Below, in pieces: positions 33,168 to 64,000 of a stretch of DNA of 64,000 nt. A program made the position numbers and the translations under genes. The stretch's first letter is position 1, and each line of letters starts with the position of its first letter. Source of the stretch: Camelus ferus (lineage: Eukaryota); the NCBI RefSeq assembly GCF_009834535.1, contig NC_045728.1:11222001-11286000 (forward strand), written 5' to 3'. A model generated the notes under the pieces. That model did no database searches and had not been told where the DNA came from. It saw only the letters and a list, made by a program, of their open reading frames with translations.

Positions 33168-34135
33168 TTCAGTGTGTTTAGCTGTCTTGTCATGTTGGTA
33201 AACAAACCACTCCTCTGTGAACTAAGAGTTGAATTTCTTAGATCAGGGGAGGCAGCTTGATAAATCTCTTTGAGTTTTATGACATAGAATTTGGCATGTC
33301 ACTAAATGCAAATTAACCAAATATCCATCTTCTGCCATCCTTAATAAATATCCCATATTCTCTGACTAGTATGGACAGGAGCATGGGGAAGATTAACAAT
33401 TACATGCTGCCTACCCAAAGGCAGGTGCCCTGCAGCCCCCGTGATGTAGTAAGTCAGAATGGCAAGGCTGGAAGTGACCTGAATGATTATCTAGGGCACC
33501 CTTCGTTTTAGAGATGAGGAAGTTGAGGTCCAGAAAGGAGAAGTGGACTGTTCAAGGTCACTTGCTGTGTCTGTGGTACACTTTGGTTTTCTGTTCCTGG
33601 TCCAGTGTCTGTCTGACATCCTGCAGCAGTTTGCCTGGTTCAAGTCCTGTGTGAGGTCCCAGAGAACAGGAACCAGGCTCTCAGAGTTTGCTAGTATCCA
33701 TAACTCCCTGAAACTTGCCCACATTTAGGAATTAAAGACTTCTTATTATGGTGAAACCCTTACAAGACTTCGCCCTCCCAATCTGTCTCTTCTGTCTAGA
33801 TCCAGAGTCTGCACTCTGGATGCTCCTATAGTCTGGAAGGAGCAGCCTATTCAAGGGAGGGGAATGAAGACACCTGTACTAGTCCATGGACTTTTTTTGT
33901 TTGTTTGTTTGACATTTTTGCTACAACTTCACCCTTCAAAGACTCTCTTTCTCCCATCCTCTCTGTACATGTCCCTTCCTCCCTGCAGAACTTCTTAGAC
34001 CCAAGATACATGTCACTTACCTCCCCACCTCACATCTGGGCCCCTGTCTCTGATCCTCCCCCTTCATTACCACCACAGCCTAGCCTAGCATTTCAAAGGA
34101 TGACCAGTTGTCCACTTTATAAACTCCAATTTGAC

Positions 34136-34146
34136 TTTAATTTAAT
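34136..34146 (-). terminator. Candidate C2CD2L poly(A) signals (overlapping ATTAAA x2)
   Basis: TTTAAT at 34136-34141 and 34141-34146 on + (ATTAAA on -), about 850 nt after the stop. Confidence 0.4.
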
Positions 34147-34987
34147 AAATTAAATTCCAAGCCATCACACAGCAATGGACATCATCATCTCCCAGCATAC
34201 AGAGGGGCAGCCCTGCTCTTGCTCTAGCATCACGCAGTCTGTAAATAAAGCCCCTAAAGCCGTCTCTCTGGGGAAGGCTTCCCACCAGGCTCCTGGCTCC
34301 CTCCTTCCAACAGAGCCACTGCTCACAGAGAAGGCATCAAGTACAAAAAACGGTTATAAAGGGGGAGGGAGGGGTGAGGAGCAGAAGGGGAGGCAGGGAG
34401 GTGGGGAGTACCTGCCCCCCAATCCGGGCACCAGCCCGGCTTTCTGTGAGCTGCCAGTGTCCTCAGAGGCAGATACTGGTGCTGGTCGGAGTGGGGACCT
34501 GAGGGAGGTGTGGGAGCCTCCTCCCAGAGGGAACTGCCTACCCTCCTGGGTCAGGAAAGAAGGGTCACCCGGGAGGAATGCCCGCTGTCATCTGTCCACT
34601 GAGGGCCCTGGACCACACGTATAAATAGAAGAGAGAATAAATAAGAGAGGAGCCAAGCACGCTGGCACTCCTCCGAGGGGCCGGTGTTAACAGCAGGCGG
34701 ACGGGTCTGAGGAAGGCCCACATACGCCAGGACAGAGCCTCCTCTTGCTCCCAGCCACCCACTCCCTCTTCTGTGTCCTCAGCAACGAGTGTCCACCTCT
34801 CCCATGCTTCCAGTTGCAAATACCTTTCCAACTGGCCCCACAGCCCAGGGTGGACAGGGCTGCCTGGAACCCAGAGGGCTTCCCTGGCCCAGGCCTTTGG
34901 GAATCCAGGAAGGGGAAAGGAAGAGGGTGTGGGGAATGGGCTGAGAGGACTCCTGCCCTCTCCTAGTTCAGGAGGTGAGCAGAGCCC

Positions 34988-42782
<7,795 letters not shown>

Positions 42783-45700
42783 NNNNNNNNNNNNNNNNNN
42801 NNNNNNNNNNNNNNNNNNNNNNNNNNNNNNNNNNNNNNNNNNNNNNNNNNNNNNNNNNNNNNNNNNNNNNNNNNNNNNNNNNNNNNNNNNNNNNNNNNNN
42901 NNNNNNNNNNNGGGGCTGGGTGCCCGGTACTAGTGGGTGCCACAGATCGAGGAGAGAAGGTTCCTGGGGGGTCGCGACGCCGGGGTCCCTGTCTCCGTGG
43001 TCTAGGGCCCTCCTCAGTTGGTCCGGCAGTCCCACCAGGGATAGTCGCCGGCCAGCCCCCGACTCCTCCCACGGCGCGGGCTCCGTGGGACCCGGGTGGG
43101 GACTTGTCTGCAGAAACGCTGGGGCTCGCGGGCCGGCACCGGCTCCGGGAGGGCTGCTTGCGCAGAGCTGACACTGACAACACGGCCGGCCCCCCGCCCC
43201 CACCCTCCCTTAAAGGAGCCGCACCCGCGCGGGGCGGGGCTTAGCTAGCCCGGCGCTCCAGCGCTGGGAAGAGGATGGGAGGACCAGTAGAAAAGGGAAG
43301 AGGCTCCCGGGTGGAAAATAGGCGGGATCTTTAACTACCCCGCCCCATCCTGGAACCGGGGGTACTCCCGCTCCCCCAAGCTCAAGGCAAGAGTAGGCAG
43401 GAGTAACTTCACTCACCTGAGAAGCCGCCTCTGCTTTCCCCTACGCTGCTTAGCTTTCTATAGTTTGGATGCCTGTGGGGTTAAGGAGGTGACCCCTGTG
43501 GATAGCATCGACCCCTTCTCCTAACATTCCCAGGCTCATCAGCTTCTTGGTTCCCATGTCCTGGCAGAAGCTAGACCCGGGGTAAGTGGGTGCAGAGCAT
43601 CCCTCCTACATAGGAGTGCCTGGCAGAGGTCCAGCTGATACCGACCAGAGAGAAAGCAGAACCTGAACCTGGTAGAGGTGGAGAATAGAACATGGACTTT
43701 TGAACCCCCACCCCCCACCCCCATCCCCTGGAACCAGGACCCAGGGACACCCTGTTAACCTCCTTGCTCCTGTGGGTTTGTTCTGGAGATATTTCCCAAG
43801 CCTGAGGCTGCTTCTGTTTTTTAAAATAATTTATTTCCATAGTAACAGCTCCTGCCTATGGAGCACGTGTAGAGGGGGTGGTAATGAGGAGGGAGCTGGC
43901 AATGTAACAGTGGACTATCAATAGATTCAGCCAGAAGACCCCACCATTCAAATATGTGCTATCTCAGCAAACACCCAAAAAATGATGTTATAGGTACACT
44001 CTGGCCTCTGGATTCATTCCTTTCCCTAGATTTAAGGGCATGGATTCCATCCCTGTAGACAGAGGCTTGTCATTGCTTTCTGGAGGCAGGGGAAGGAAAA
44101 TCCTACAAAAGGATTCAAAGGAATCCCCATTCCCCAAGATGCCCTTCTTTTCCGTATACATATGGCAAGGTCTTCCTTAAAGAGGTAAACAGGAAGGTGT
44201 TAACTCTCTCTCTCCCATATCCAGTCATTAGTCTGAGCAATTAGTTCATGGGAGTAAACAATGTCTTCTGAAGTGTGGGGTTGTGGAGCTAGGCAGAACC
44301 TGGCAGGTCAACAACAGGGTACCTGAGCCAGAGGAGGTGGTGGGAAAGCCTGGGGCACTCCCAGATTTCCCTGTAAGGGATGGGGGTGATGGGGTGACCT
44401 TGTTTTGGGCCCTATGCCAACAACATGCTCCTCTTCCCCTCTCTCCTCTCTCTCCATGCATCATCACTGGACTCCAAAAACAACAGAGGATTCCAAGAGT
44501 GTGGATTTTTAATCTTGAGGGGAGAGGGCATGAAATGAAGGGAGGAGAGAACTCAGGGATGCAGAAGGAAGCTGTCAGTGGGCAGACCAGCTAGGGCTCG
44601 GGAGCAGGTTATGTGGGAAGTTGTCCAGGCGATTTCACACTGAAGACCCTCTTCCCCCAAGAACCCTTCTTCGGTATTCATCTCAGTTCTCCGAGTTCTT
44701 GGGTTTATTTCAACTCCTCCACTGAGCACTTGGTCCTTTGCTGCCAGATACTGCTTCACAATTTCAGTCTTATGTGAGTTTCCTTAGTTAGTCCTCCCAG
44801 TCTTCCATCGGCTTGTTACTTAGACCTCTAGCACTTATTTCATTCTCCCTTGTAGTCTAGCTGGTTGTTTGTATGTCTGTTTTCCCACTCACCAGAAAAC
44901 TGCTTGAGAGTGGGGACCCTGTCTTATGCATCTCTCTTCCCAAGTATTCAATCAAGGTGCTTTAATATGATGAAGACTCCTTGGGAGAAACAAATGCATT
45001 TATATCACTTTGTGTCCCCACAGTACTGCAGAGTTTTCCATGCACATAGTAGGGATTAGCAAATTCTTTGTAATTTTAAGAAGTCTAACAGAAAATATTA
45101 CAATTTACAACACAGAATTTCTATATTGTATAGAATATATTCTACATCTCTATCTTTTGCAAACTCATTCACGTCATCCCAATGGGACCAGAGATCTTAG
45201 GGCTTCCTTTCAGCTAACAATGATAGGAGAGAAGCAGGAAGAAATGGAAAAAGAGTAATTCAGCTGCCTGGAAAGAGCCACAGATATGGTCCTGCAAGTG
45301 TCACAGCTGCAGACTCTCCAAAGTTGTCTCATGGACTTTTTAGGCAATGTGAAACATTTATGGGACAGGCTTTGTCAGGCAATCAGACTTAACAGAGCAT
45401 TGGCCTTGCCCACTGGGAGGCACCCAGGGCTCCCTAGTAGGGGATTCACATCTCAAACATTGCTCAGCCCAAGAAACCAGCTGAAGCCATTGACATCTCA
45501 CCTGATCTGTAAGCCCTAGGACCAGCTCCAGCCTTCAGGCAAATGCTTTGAACTTATACTAGGACAGGCACAAAATTTCAAGTGTGGCCAGGTCATGTGT
45601 TTGTTTGTTTCTCCTGGTGAGTCTGGGAATCAACTGTGCATTTACTACAATGGGAACAAAAATATTCAGATTACACAACAAGTATCCAAGTAACCATGTT

Positions 45701-46547
45701 GATAGTAACGTATGTGTGGACGATGAATCCCCAGTGTCTTGTTTTTGATCAAGTCCCCCACCCTCATCCACCAGGGATTGTTGGGGAGGGTTAATGAACT
45801 CTGGAGAAGAAAGAGACAAAGGTTCTCAATGCCAGGCAGAGAAGGAAGATTTATTAGGATTGGCTTCCTAATAAAACAGGAAATAGATACAGACTGTTCC
45901 TCAGACCTCCAGGGAGTTTTCAGCCCGCTCCTGATCCATAAGATAACTGAATGTGCCTCTGCTGGGGCTCCCACAAGCTCCTTCTTTACACCTGCTCCTG
46001 GAGTCTTACTTTCCCTGTTCAGAAGGCCCTTCCATCCTTGCCACCTACTGAAATCTTTGGAGATACTACTCTTCCTCAAGGACTTCTCTTCCCCTGGTCA
46101 CAACTAATTGCTCCCTCCATGCTCTCCTATTGCCCTCTGTACCTCTTTCAGATCCAGACTCATTATGTGTGATGATGCCTTGTATACAGATATCTGTGTG
46201 TCCTTAGCACCATGGGGACACCCTGTGCAACAGAAAACACTTGCCTTTAGGGAATTTCCAGTCAAAGAGGCACATTTGCGCACTCATGCACATCCACAAA
46301 TTCACAGAAAAACAATACTAGTGGGATAAGTACTGGAAGTTTGGTGGAATACTATTATCAGGTAATTATTGGGATTACTTTATATATATATAAAATATTT
46401 TATACATATATGGTTTTGTGTTGTTAATTAGAGCGGCCTTTGAGTAGAAAGGACATTCACAGCTGGTTTTGAGACAGGAGGGGCTATCTTTGGCCTAAAA
46501 AGAGTCAACCCAACCCTGACTCCTGGCGCATACTCAAAAGAGTAGAC

Positions 46548-46747
46548 TGGGGGAGGGTATAGCTCAGTGGTAGAGTGCATGTTTATCATGTATAAGGTCC
46601 TGGGTTCAATCCCCAGTACTTCCATTATAAATAAACAAACAAACAAACAAACTCAATTACCTCCCACTTCTCAAAACAATCTCCAGTACTTCCATTATAA
46701 ACAAACCAACCAACCAACCTAATCCCCCTCCCCCTTCCCAAAACAAG
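46548..46747 (+). mobile_element. tRNA-derived SINE (Vic-1-like) with duplicated 3' part
   Basis: A-box TAGCTCAGTGG and B-box GGTTCAATCC; tail unit repeated with a 70-bp period; approximate TSD AGAGTAGAC / AGAATAGAC. Confidence 0.85.
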
Positions 46748-47329
46748 AGAATAGACAAAGTGTCAGCATACTTGAGTCCTCTCCAACTACCTGGTGATGA
46801 TTTCCGCTCTGAGGAATGGAAATCACTTGCCACCTAAGAGCCTGTAGGTGCATGAAAGAGAATGAAGATGCTGGTGAACTGTTATTTGCAAGAAACAGGA
46901 GCACAAACAAAAGGCATCTGTAATCTGGAGGAAGAAACCTGAATGGGAATTCCTCAGGCTTACAGGAAGCCACTTGCGAGTCTGGTTCTCCAACTTCCTT
47001 AGCTCTTCCCAATGCCTCAGCCTAATCCCCTCGGTCTGGCTACTTGGCACAGTGCAATGATCCAGGACCAAGGAGAGTCAAGTACAGGGTTAAATTCAAT
47101 ACCTGAAGGCACTCCCAGCCCCATCAGTGGTGAAGTGCCCCCGCTGAGTTGCCCGGCAACTAACTGCTACTGCGGGGGCGGAAGATGGGTGGGATGATGA
47201 TTGAAAAGTACCTGGATCAAGGACACGGGAAAACATGGAGTGGGATGGGTCTCTTTTAAAATATACATTATCTTCCAAATTGTAGCTGCGTTTCCGGGAA
47301 CTGAGTTGTGTTTTTACCTTGGTTTCCGA

Positions 47330-52136
<4,807 letters not shown>

Positions 52137-52574
52137 TTATTGCCCTTTGCTTCATAGTCTCCAAGGTTCCTGACTCATGCCCACTGACCTCTTCTGGACC
52201 AAGACTGCCTCCTGGCCCAGGCTTCTCCCACCCTTCATTGTCCACCTTTTGTCCTCAGCATTTCCTGTCCCATAGGATTATTGCCGTCCTGGGCCTTTCT
52301 TGCCCTCTAATGACTGTTGATTGGACTTTGCCTATGGCTTTTCTCAACTTGCCACTCTCCCTCTCCATCCCATCCTTGCAGCCTCTTAAGGTGGGCTACT
52401 GTAGCTTTTATGCAGTTACAACTCTGACACTCAAGGAATATGTTGGACCTGGGGACAGAACCCTGGCTAGGGATAGGGACACAGGTTCGAAGGTGATGAC
52501 TTGACATTTGCCTATAAATTAAGAATTCTGATGATTAAGAACAGACTCAGGGGCCAGGTGCTCCCAGTGGTGAC

Positions 52575-52580
52575 AATAAA
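52575..52580 (+). terminator. DPAGT1 poly(A) signal AATAAA
   Basis: AATAAA about 440 nt after the stop, followed by GU/U-rich GTGTTGTCATTTTCTTATTGTTGTTT. Confidence 0.8.
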
Positions 52581-53039
52581 GTGTTGTCATTTTCTTATTG
52601 TTGTTTCTGCAGGTGTATTTCCTATATGGGCGGGTTGATTGAGTCATTTCCTCCAAGAGGATGCCTTGCTCTCTGACCCATCCTTTTTCTTTCAGTACGT
52701 CAGGCCCCTTATAGCAGGAATTGAACAGGAAGAACTAAGACCAGACAGAACATGTTGAATAAATATTGAAATCTTGCTTCTTGGGTGGCATAGAGGGCCA
52801 TAAGATTGGCGTTACCTGGTCTCTGGTCTGGGGCCTAACTTCCAGGGGGTCTCATTCCTTCCCTTTTTCACTGTCTTTGCCGAACAAGAGGGAGTGACCA
52901 GACCTGGAAGGGGTGGTAGAGGTAGATTTAGTGTTGACCCGTTTCCTTTAAAAATCCTGGGCCTGCACAGACTTGCCAGAGGCTCTGAAGGTGGCTTCAG
53001 ACTCCACCCTCTTTGTCTTCCGGTTCTGGTCGCCAGCTG

Positions 53040-53813
<774 letters not shown>

Positions 53814-53865
53814 GGGCGCCCGCGCCGCTACCGCCGCCGCCCGGCCCTCCCCTCGCCACCACAAA

Positions 53866-53906
53866 GGCCCTTTTAAGGGCCACCACAGCCCTCACGGAAA
53901 GAGCTG
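53866..53906 (+). promoter_or_regulatory. Histone 3' stem-loop plus U7 histone downstream element
   Basis: ACAAA-GGCCCTTTTAAGGGCC-ACCAC (stem-loop 53866-53881) and purine-rich AAAGAGCTG at 53898-53906. Confidence 0.93.
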
Positions 53907-54622
53907 GGCCACGTCGGGCTCCGGGCCGGACGGCCGCGCGCTCGCCCCCTCCGCGGCCCCGGCGCCGCCCGACCCGCCCCTCCCCCGCGGGGCTCGCTCC
54001 CGCCTGGGATCCGCGGAGCGCGGCCGCTGGAACGCCACTCGGCCCCGGGGCGAGTACCGCGCTCGTGACTCGGCGGCCTTGGCCCCAGAGTGCTGATGGG
54101 CTGCGGGGAGGCCGCGGCACCTTCTGGAAGGCTGGGCCAGCCGCGCTGACGCAGGGCCTGGGCGCGCGGCGGGGAAGGTGAACGATGCGGACGGCCGCGC
54201 GCTTTGCTCTCCAGCCCGGTGCTCCAGCCACGACTTCAGACGGGACTCTGCTTCCGGCGGTCGAGGAGTCGATCACATCATTTGCCCTAGCGTCTCCTTT
54301 GCTGCCAGATCCCAGGCCTTGCACGTCCGCGCTCCTTCCATCTCCACTCGCAGGCCTGTGCGCGGCGCGGACGAGACACTTCAGCGTGAGCGTCTCCCAT
54401 AGGAGTGGGGGTACCCGGCCTCCAGCCGGTCCTGGCGGGCCCCCGCCCCGCTCCTCTCCCAGCGGGTCCACTCGGCAAGCCAAGCACCTAGATACCAGCA
54501 CTAGTCCGTTAATCCCGGTCTGGACTGAGCCGCCATTGGCTTCGAAACTGGAATTTTGCAGCTAACCCATCCAAGACTAGTACTTTAGGTATTGGGGAAT
54601 TTCAGATGGACTAATTTTGTTT

Positions 54623-54628
54623 ATTAAA
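54623..54628 (+). terminator. H2AX distal poly(A) signal ATTAAA (polyadenylated isoform)
   Basis: ATTAAA followed by GGATTGTTTTTTTTTTT; consistent with the known dual 3' processing of H2AX. Confidence 0.75.
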
Positions 54629-54950
54629 GGATTGTTTTTTTTTTTAATGAGGTGTCTTCATTTTGCAAAACGGTGGTAGAATCGGTGACTTTGTAGATGC
54701 TTAAAAATAGTGGGGGAGGGAGGACTATCTAAGTAAGGCTCAACTGGAGAGAGACAAATCGTAGATTATAAGATTATGGCCCTCTCGGTGTTTCCTGGGA
54801 GACAATCTATTCTGTTGCAAGATGAGACTACTGAGACAAAGTGTGTTCCAGGAGAACTTTGTACAGGGGTCCCAGCCTTAGATAAGGAGAAAAGGGTTTT
54901 GTGTGTCCTTAATGCAACCCCACCAGAAACAAAAACACCCTCAAATGTGT

Positions 54951-54956
54951 TTTATT
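54951..54956 (-). terminator. HMBS poly(A) signal AATAAA
   Basis: TTTATT on + about 240 nt after the HMBS stop. Confidence 0.8.
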
Positions 54957-55196
54957 AGTAGAATTGGTTACATTCAAAGGCTGTGGCTTATTAGACATTT
55001 TCTCTAGAGGTGGAGCCTCCACCTGAGGAGGCAAGGCAGTAATTAAGGCCCCAAGGTGAGACGAGCCTATGGAAGCCTCTGCAGTTCAGTCCCCTGGGGT
55101 AATCACTCCCCAGGGTAACAGTGAGAATGGGGCACTGAGGGCTGGGATGTAGGCACTGAACAGCAGCAACCCAGGCATCTGTGCCCCACAGACCAG

Positions 55197-61708
<6,512 letters not shown>

Positions 61709-63889
61709 GGCTGTGCACGGGAGGAAGACCAGGGGCTGCCGCCAAGGTCCGCCGGATCCCGGGGAAGCCGAACCCCGGCCGGCCCGCCGGCACCTGGCGC
61801 ACGCGGGGCTCGCGCTCCTCCTGCGGCAGCACACTCCAGGCTCTACGAAGCGCCTGCGTCACTTCCGGCGCCGCCCCCGGGGGGCGTAGCCCCTCCCTGG
61901 GCTGGAATTAGACCATTCGCCGCAGAGAAAACCTTACCTTGGGTTACCAACCCTACTCCGCCAGGCTGACCCCGGCCACCGGATTCTCGGTGGTCTCGCT
62001 CTTCCTCGTTTGAGACCCAGGCCCAATTGTCCGTTTCTTTTACCTAGACCTCGATCTGAGCCAGGAATACTGATGGCCAGTAGTTAAGATACTCTCCCGG
62101 GATTTCCCCACAAACTGAATTCCTTGCAGTTGTCTCCTACACGCAAAGGGATCGCCAATGAAGCCAAAGGTAGGCGTGCCCAAGAGGAAAAGGATATTAA
62201 CTCTACAAATGCTGCTCTGGAAATAAAGGCACCTTAAGCAACTTGCCATGTACCCAGGCTGGATTCGGCATCAACAAATAAAAGGGTCCTGCTCCTGAAA
62301 GTTAGTCATCTGGAATTATGCAGCTTTATCTTTTTAGCTGTGGCACAAGCAATTAGTGCAGCTTATGTGGCGCTTCTGCTACAACCCTGAAGTAGGCAAC
62401 GTTTCTATTTTTAAAATGAGGAAACTGGCTCAGCAATCAAAGGTCATGCCTGAAGACAAATAACTGTGAAATGGGAGTGCGAACACATTATTAGTTTAGT
62501 GGGAAAAGGGCTTGTTAGTAAGTGCTTTACCCACTAACGTTACTAATAACCATGTATTAACTATTATACAAAGACCTGGACACCTGTCACTCATACCAGG
62601 CCCTGAGGCCCAAAGGATTCCAGCCTTGATTATCTGTGTCTTGTTTCAAAAGCACCTGGTACTTGACAGAAATGTTTTGCAGCTATACTTTAAGAGGTGT
62701 GCGGTGGTCAACAGCCTTGAACAGGTTCTGACCTGACCACAGGAACGCGCCTAAGGCAGATGAGACCTGGAGGTGTCCCAAAGTTAACTTCTCTTCATTA
62801 CCATCCTAAGAACTCTGTCCAAGGAGGGGCTCTGTACTCTGCTAGGCACAATTCTTGCTGTGTACAAAGAAGCGTGGAAGACCGCATGCCACCCGCTGCC
62901 CCCGTCTGCCCCAGGAAATCTCTGCCCCTTTCCTACAGCCCTAATGACATGTCTGCCTCCTACCCCTCAAATTCCCTTACTCCCCTCCCTTCGGGGAAAG
63001 GATTCTTTAGAGCACAAGCTCTCCCTTCACCATTCCTTCATCAATGAATGAATTATTTCTGCTCTGCTATACTGAATCTGGTTTTGTTTGACTGGTATTT
63101 GTGACTCCAGGTGAAAAACCCATTGAGGGATCACTGACCCACTGGGGATCAGAAACCCAACCACTGATTGGCTACTCAGGCCTTCATAACAGCTGTACCA
63201 GAAAGATGTTGTAACTCCAAGTGTACAGATGAAGAAACCAAGGTGCAGGGAAGATTAAGAGCTGCCCTAAGTGAAACTAGGATTCAGATTCAGGTCAGCT
63301 GATTCGAGGTCTGTATTCTTAGCCACTACCAATGTAGTGAACTCTGCCTCTTCTAAATACTACCTAAAGGTCCAAATTACTTCAAGTAAACAAACCCCAC
63401 AGGAGCAATTTTACGACAGGCAGTGTAACCTAAATTATACCCACACACCTATCAACACAAACCTCAGGTGACGACTTCAAGCAGGGAAAATGTTTCAGTA
63501 AAGACCCTCTATCCTGCTTATCATCTGGTACTGAATACGGCAAGGCACCAAACCACCCATTATGAAGGCAAGCTTAAATCCAAGACTCCCAACCAGAATC
63601 TGCCTCCTGCTTGAATACTTTATCCACACAACAGCCACAGAGATCAGCCAGGCTGAAGAGCAGGGACCGCAGTGCAGGCTGCTGTTGGAGCTCAGGCCTC
63701 AGGCGTTTGCAGAAGGTCTTCAGTAAACTGAACCCTGCTAGATGCCACAGGCCCCACCCATTACTGGAATGAGGTCTTGTTAACATCATCTTTAAGGAAC
63801 TCTGTAGGAAGGCAAGTGGGGCTCTAGGAGAGCAGAGGGAAAGAAGTGCACCTTGCACAGTTAAGAATCACCAGGAGGTCTCCAGAATA

Positions 63890-64000
63890 AATCCTTCAGG
63901 CCCGAAATCACTATATTCTTTTATTTATAGACTCTGGGAGCCAGGAGCCAGCACAGCCTGGTGCTCTTGGACAGAGAATAAAGCAGCTATTGTCCACTCT
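63890..64000 (-). other. Possible 3' UTR end of the upstream neighbour (VPS11 by synteny)
   Basis: AATAAA on - at 63925-63920 in a TATAAATAAAAG context, about 2 kb upstream of the HMBS TSS. The gene identity rests only on recalled human synteny; no coding sequence is visible. Confidence 0.35.

Noticed and set aside
46549-46620. Possible tRNA genes (also at 33007 and 49818)
   Set aside because: They have A/B boxes but no full cloverleaf or acceptor stem, and carry A-rich tails and TSDs, so they are SINEs.

Overview
Mammalian genomic DNA, most likely a camelid (alpaca/llama/camel), inferred from three tRNA-derived SINEs with a Vic-1-like head. The window is the conserved block syntenic to human 11q23.3: ABCG4(-), HINFP(-), C2CD2L/TMEM24(-), DPAGT1(+), H2AX(+), HMBS(-), and possibly the extreme 3' end of VPS11(-). 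I reconstructed exon structures by hand from GT-AG boundaries. They sum to the expected ortholog lengths (ABCG4 646 aa, C2CD2L 706 aa, DPAGT1 408 aa, HMBS 361 aa, H2AX 143 aa), with some exons inferred inside N-runs. I found no convincing previously undescribed biological system; this is a well-known locus. The items most worth checking are: a +1 homopolymer frameshift that truncates the HINFP C-terminus; a U12-type minor intron in HMBS; a dense GATA/E-box/CACCC cluster in HMBS intron 1; candidate antisense leader exons linking the DPAGT1 promoter to C2CD2L; a strong-Kozak uORF and UPRE/TCF motifs at DPAGT1; two solo LTRs in HINFP intron 1; and N-runs that fall on coding exons at ortholog-consistent sizes. 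Comparisons with human sequences are from memory and need alignment.
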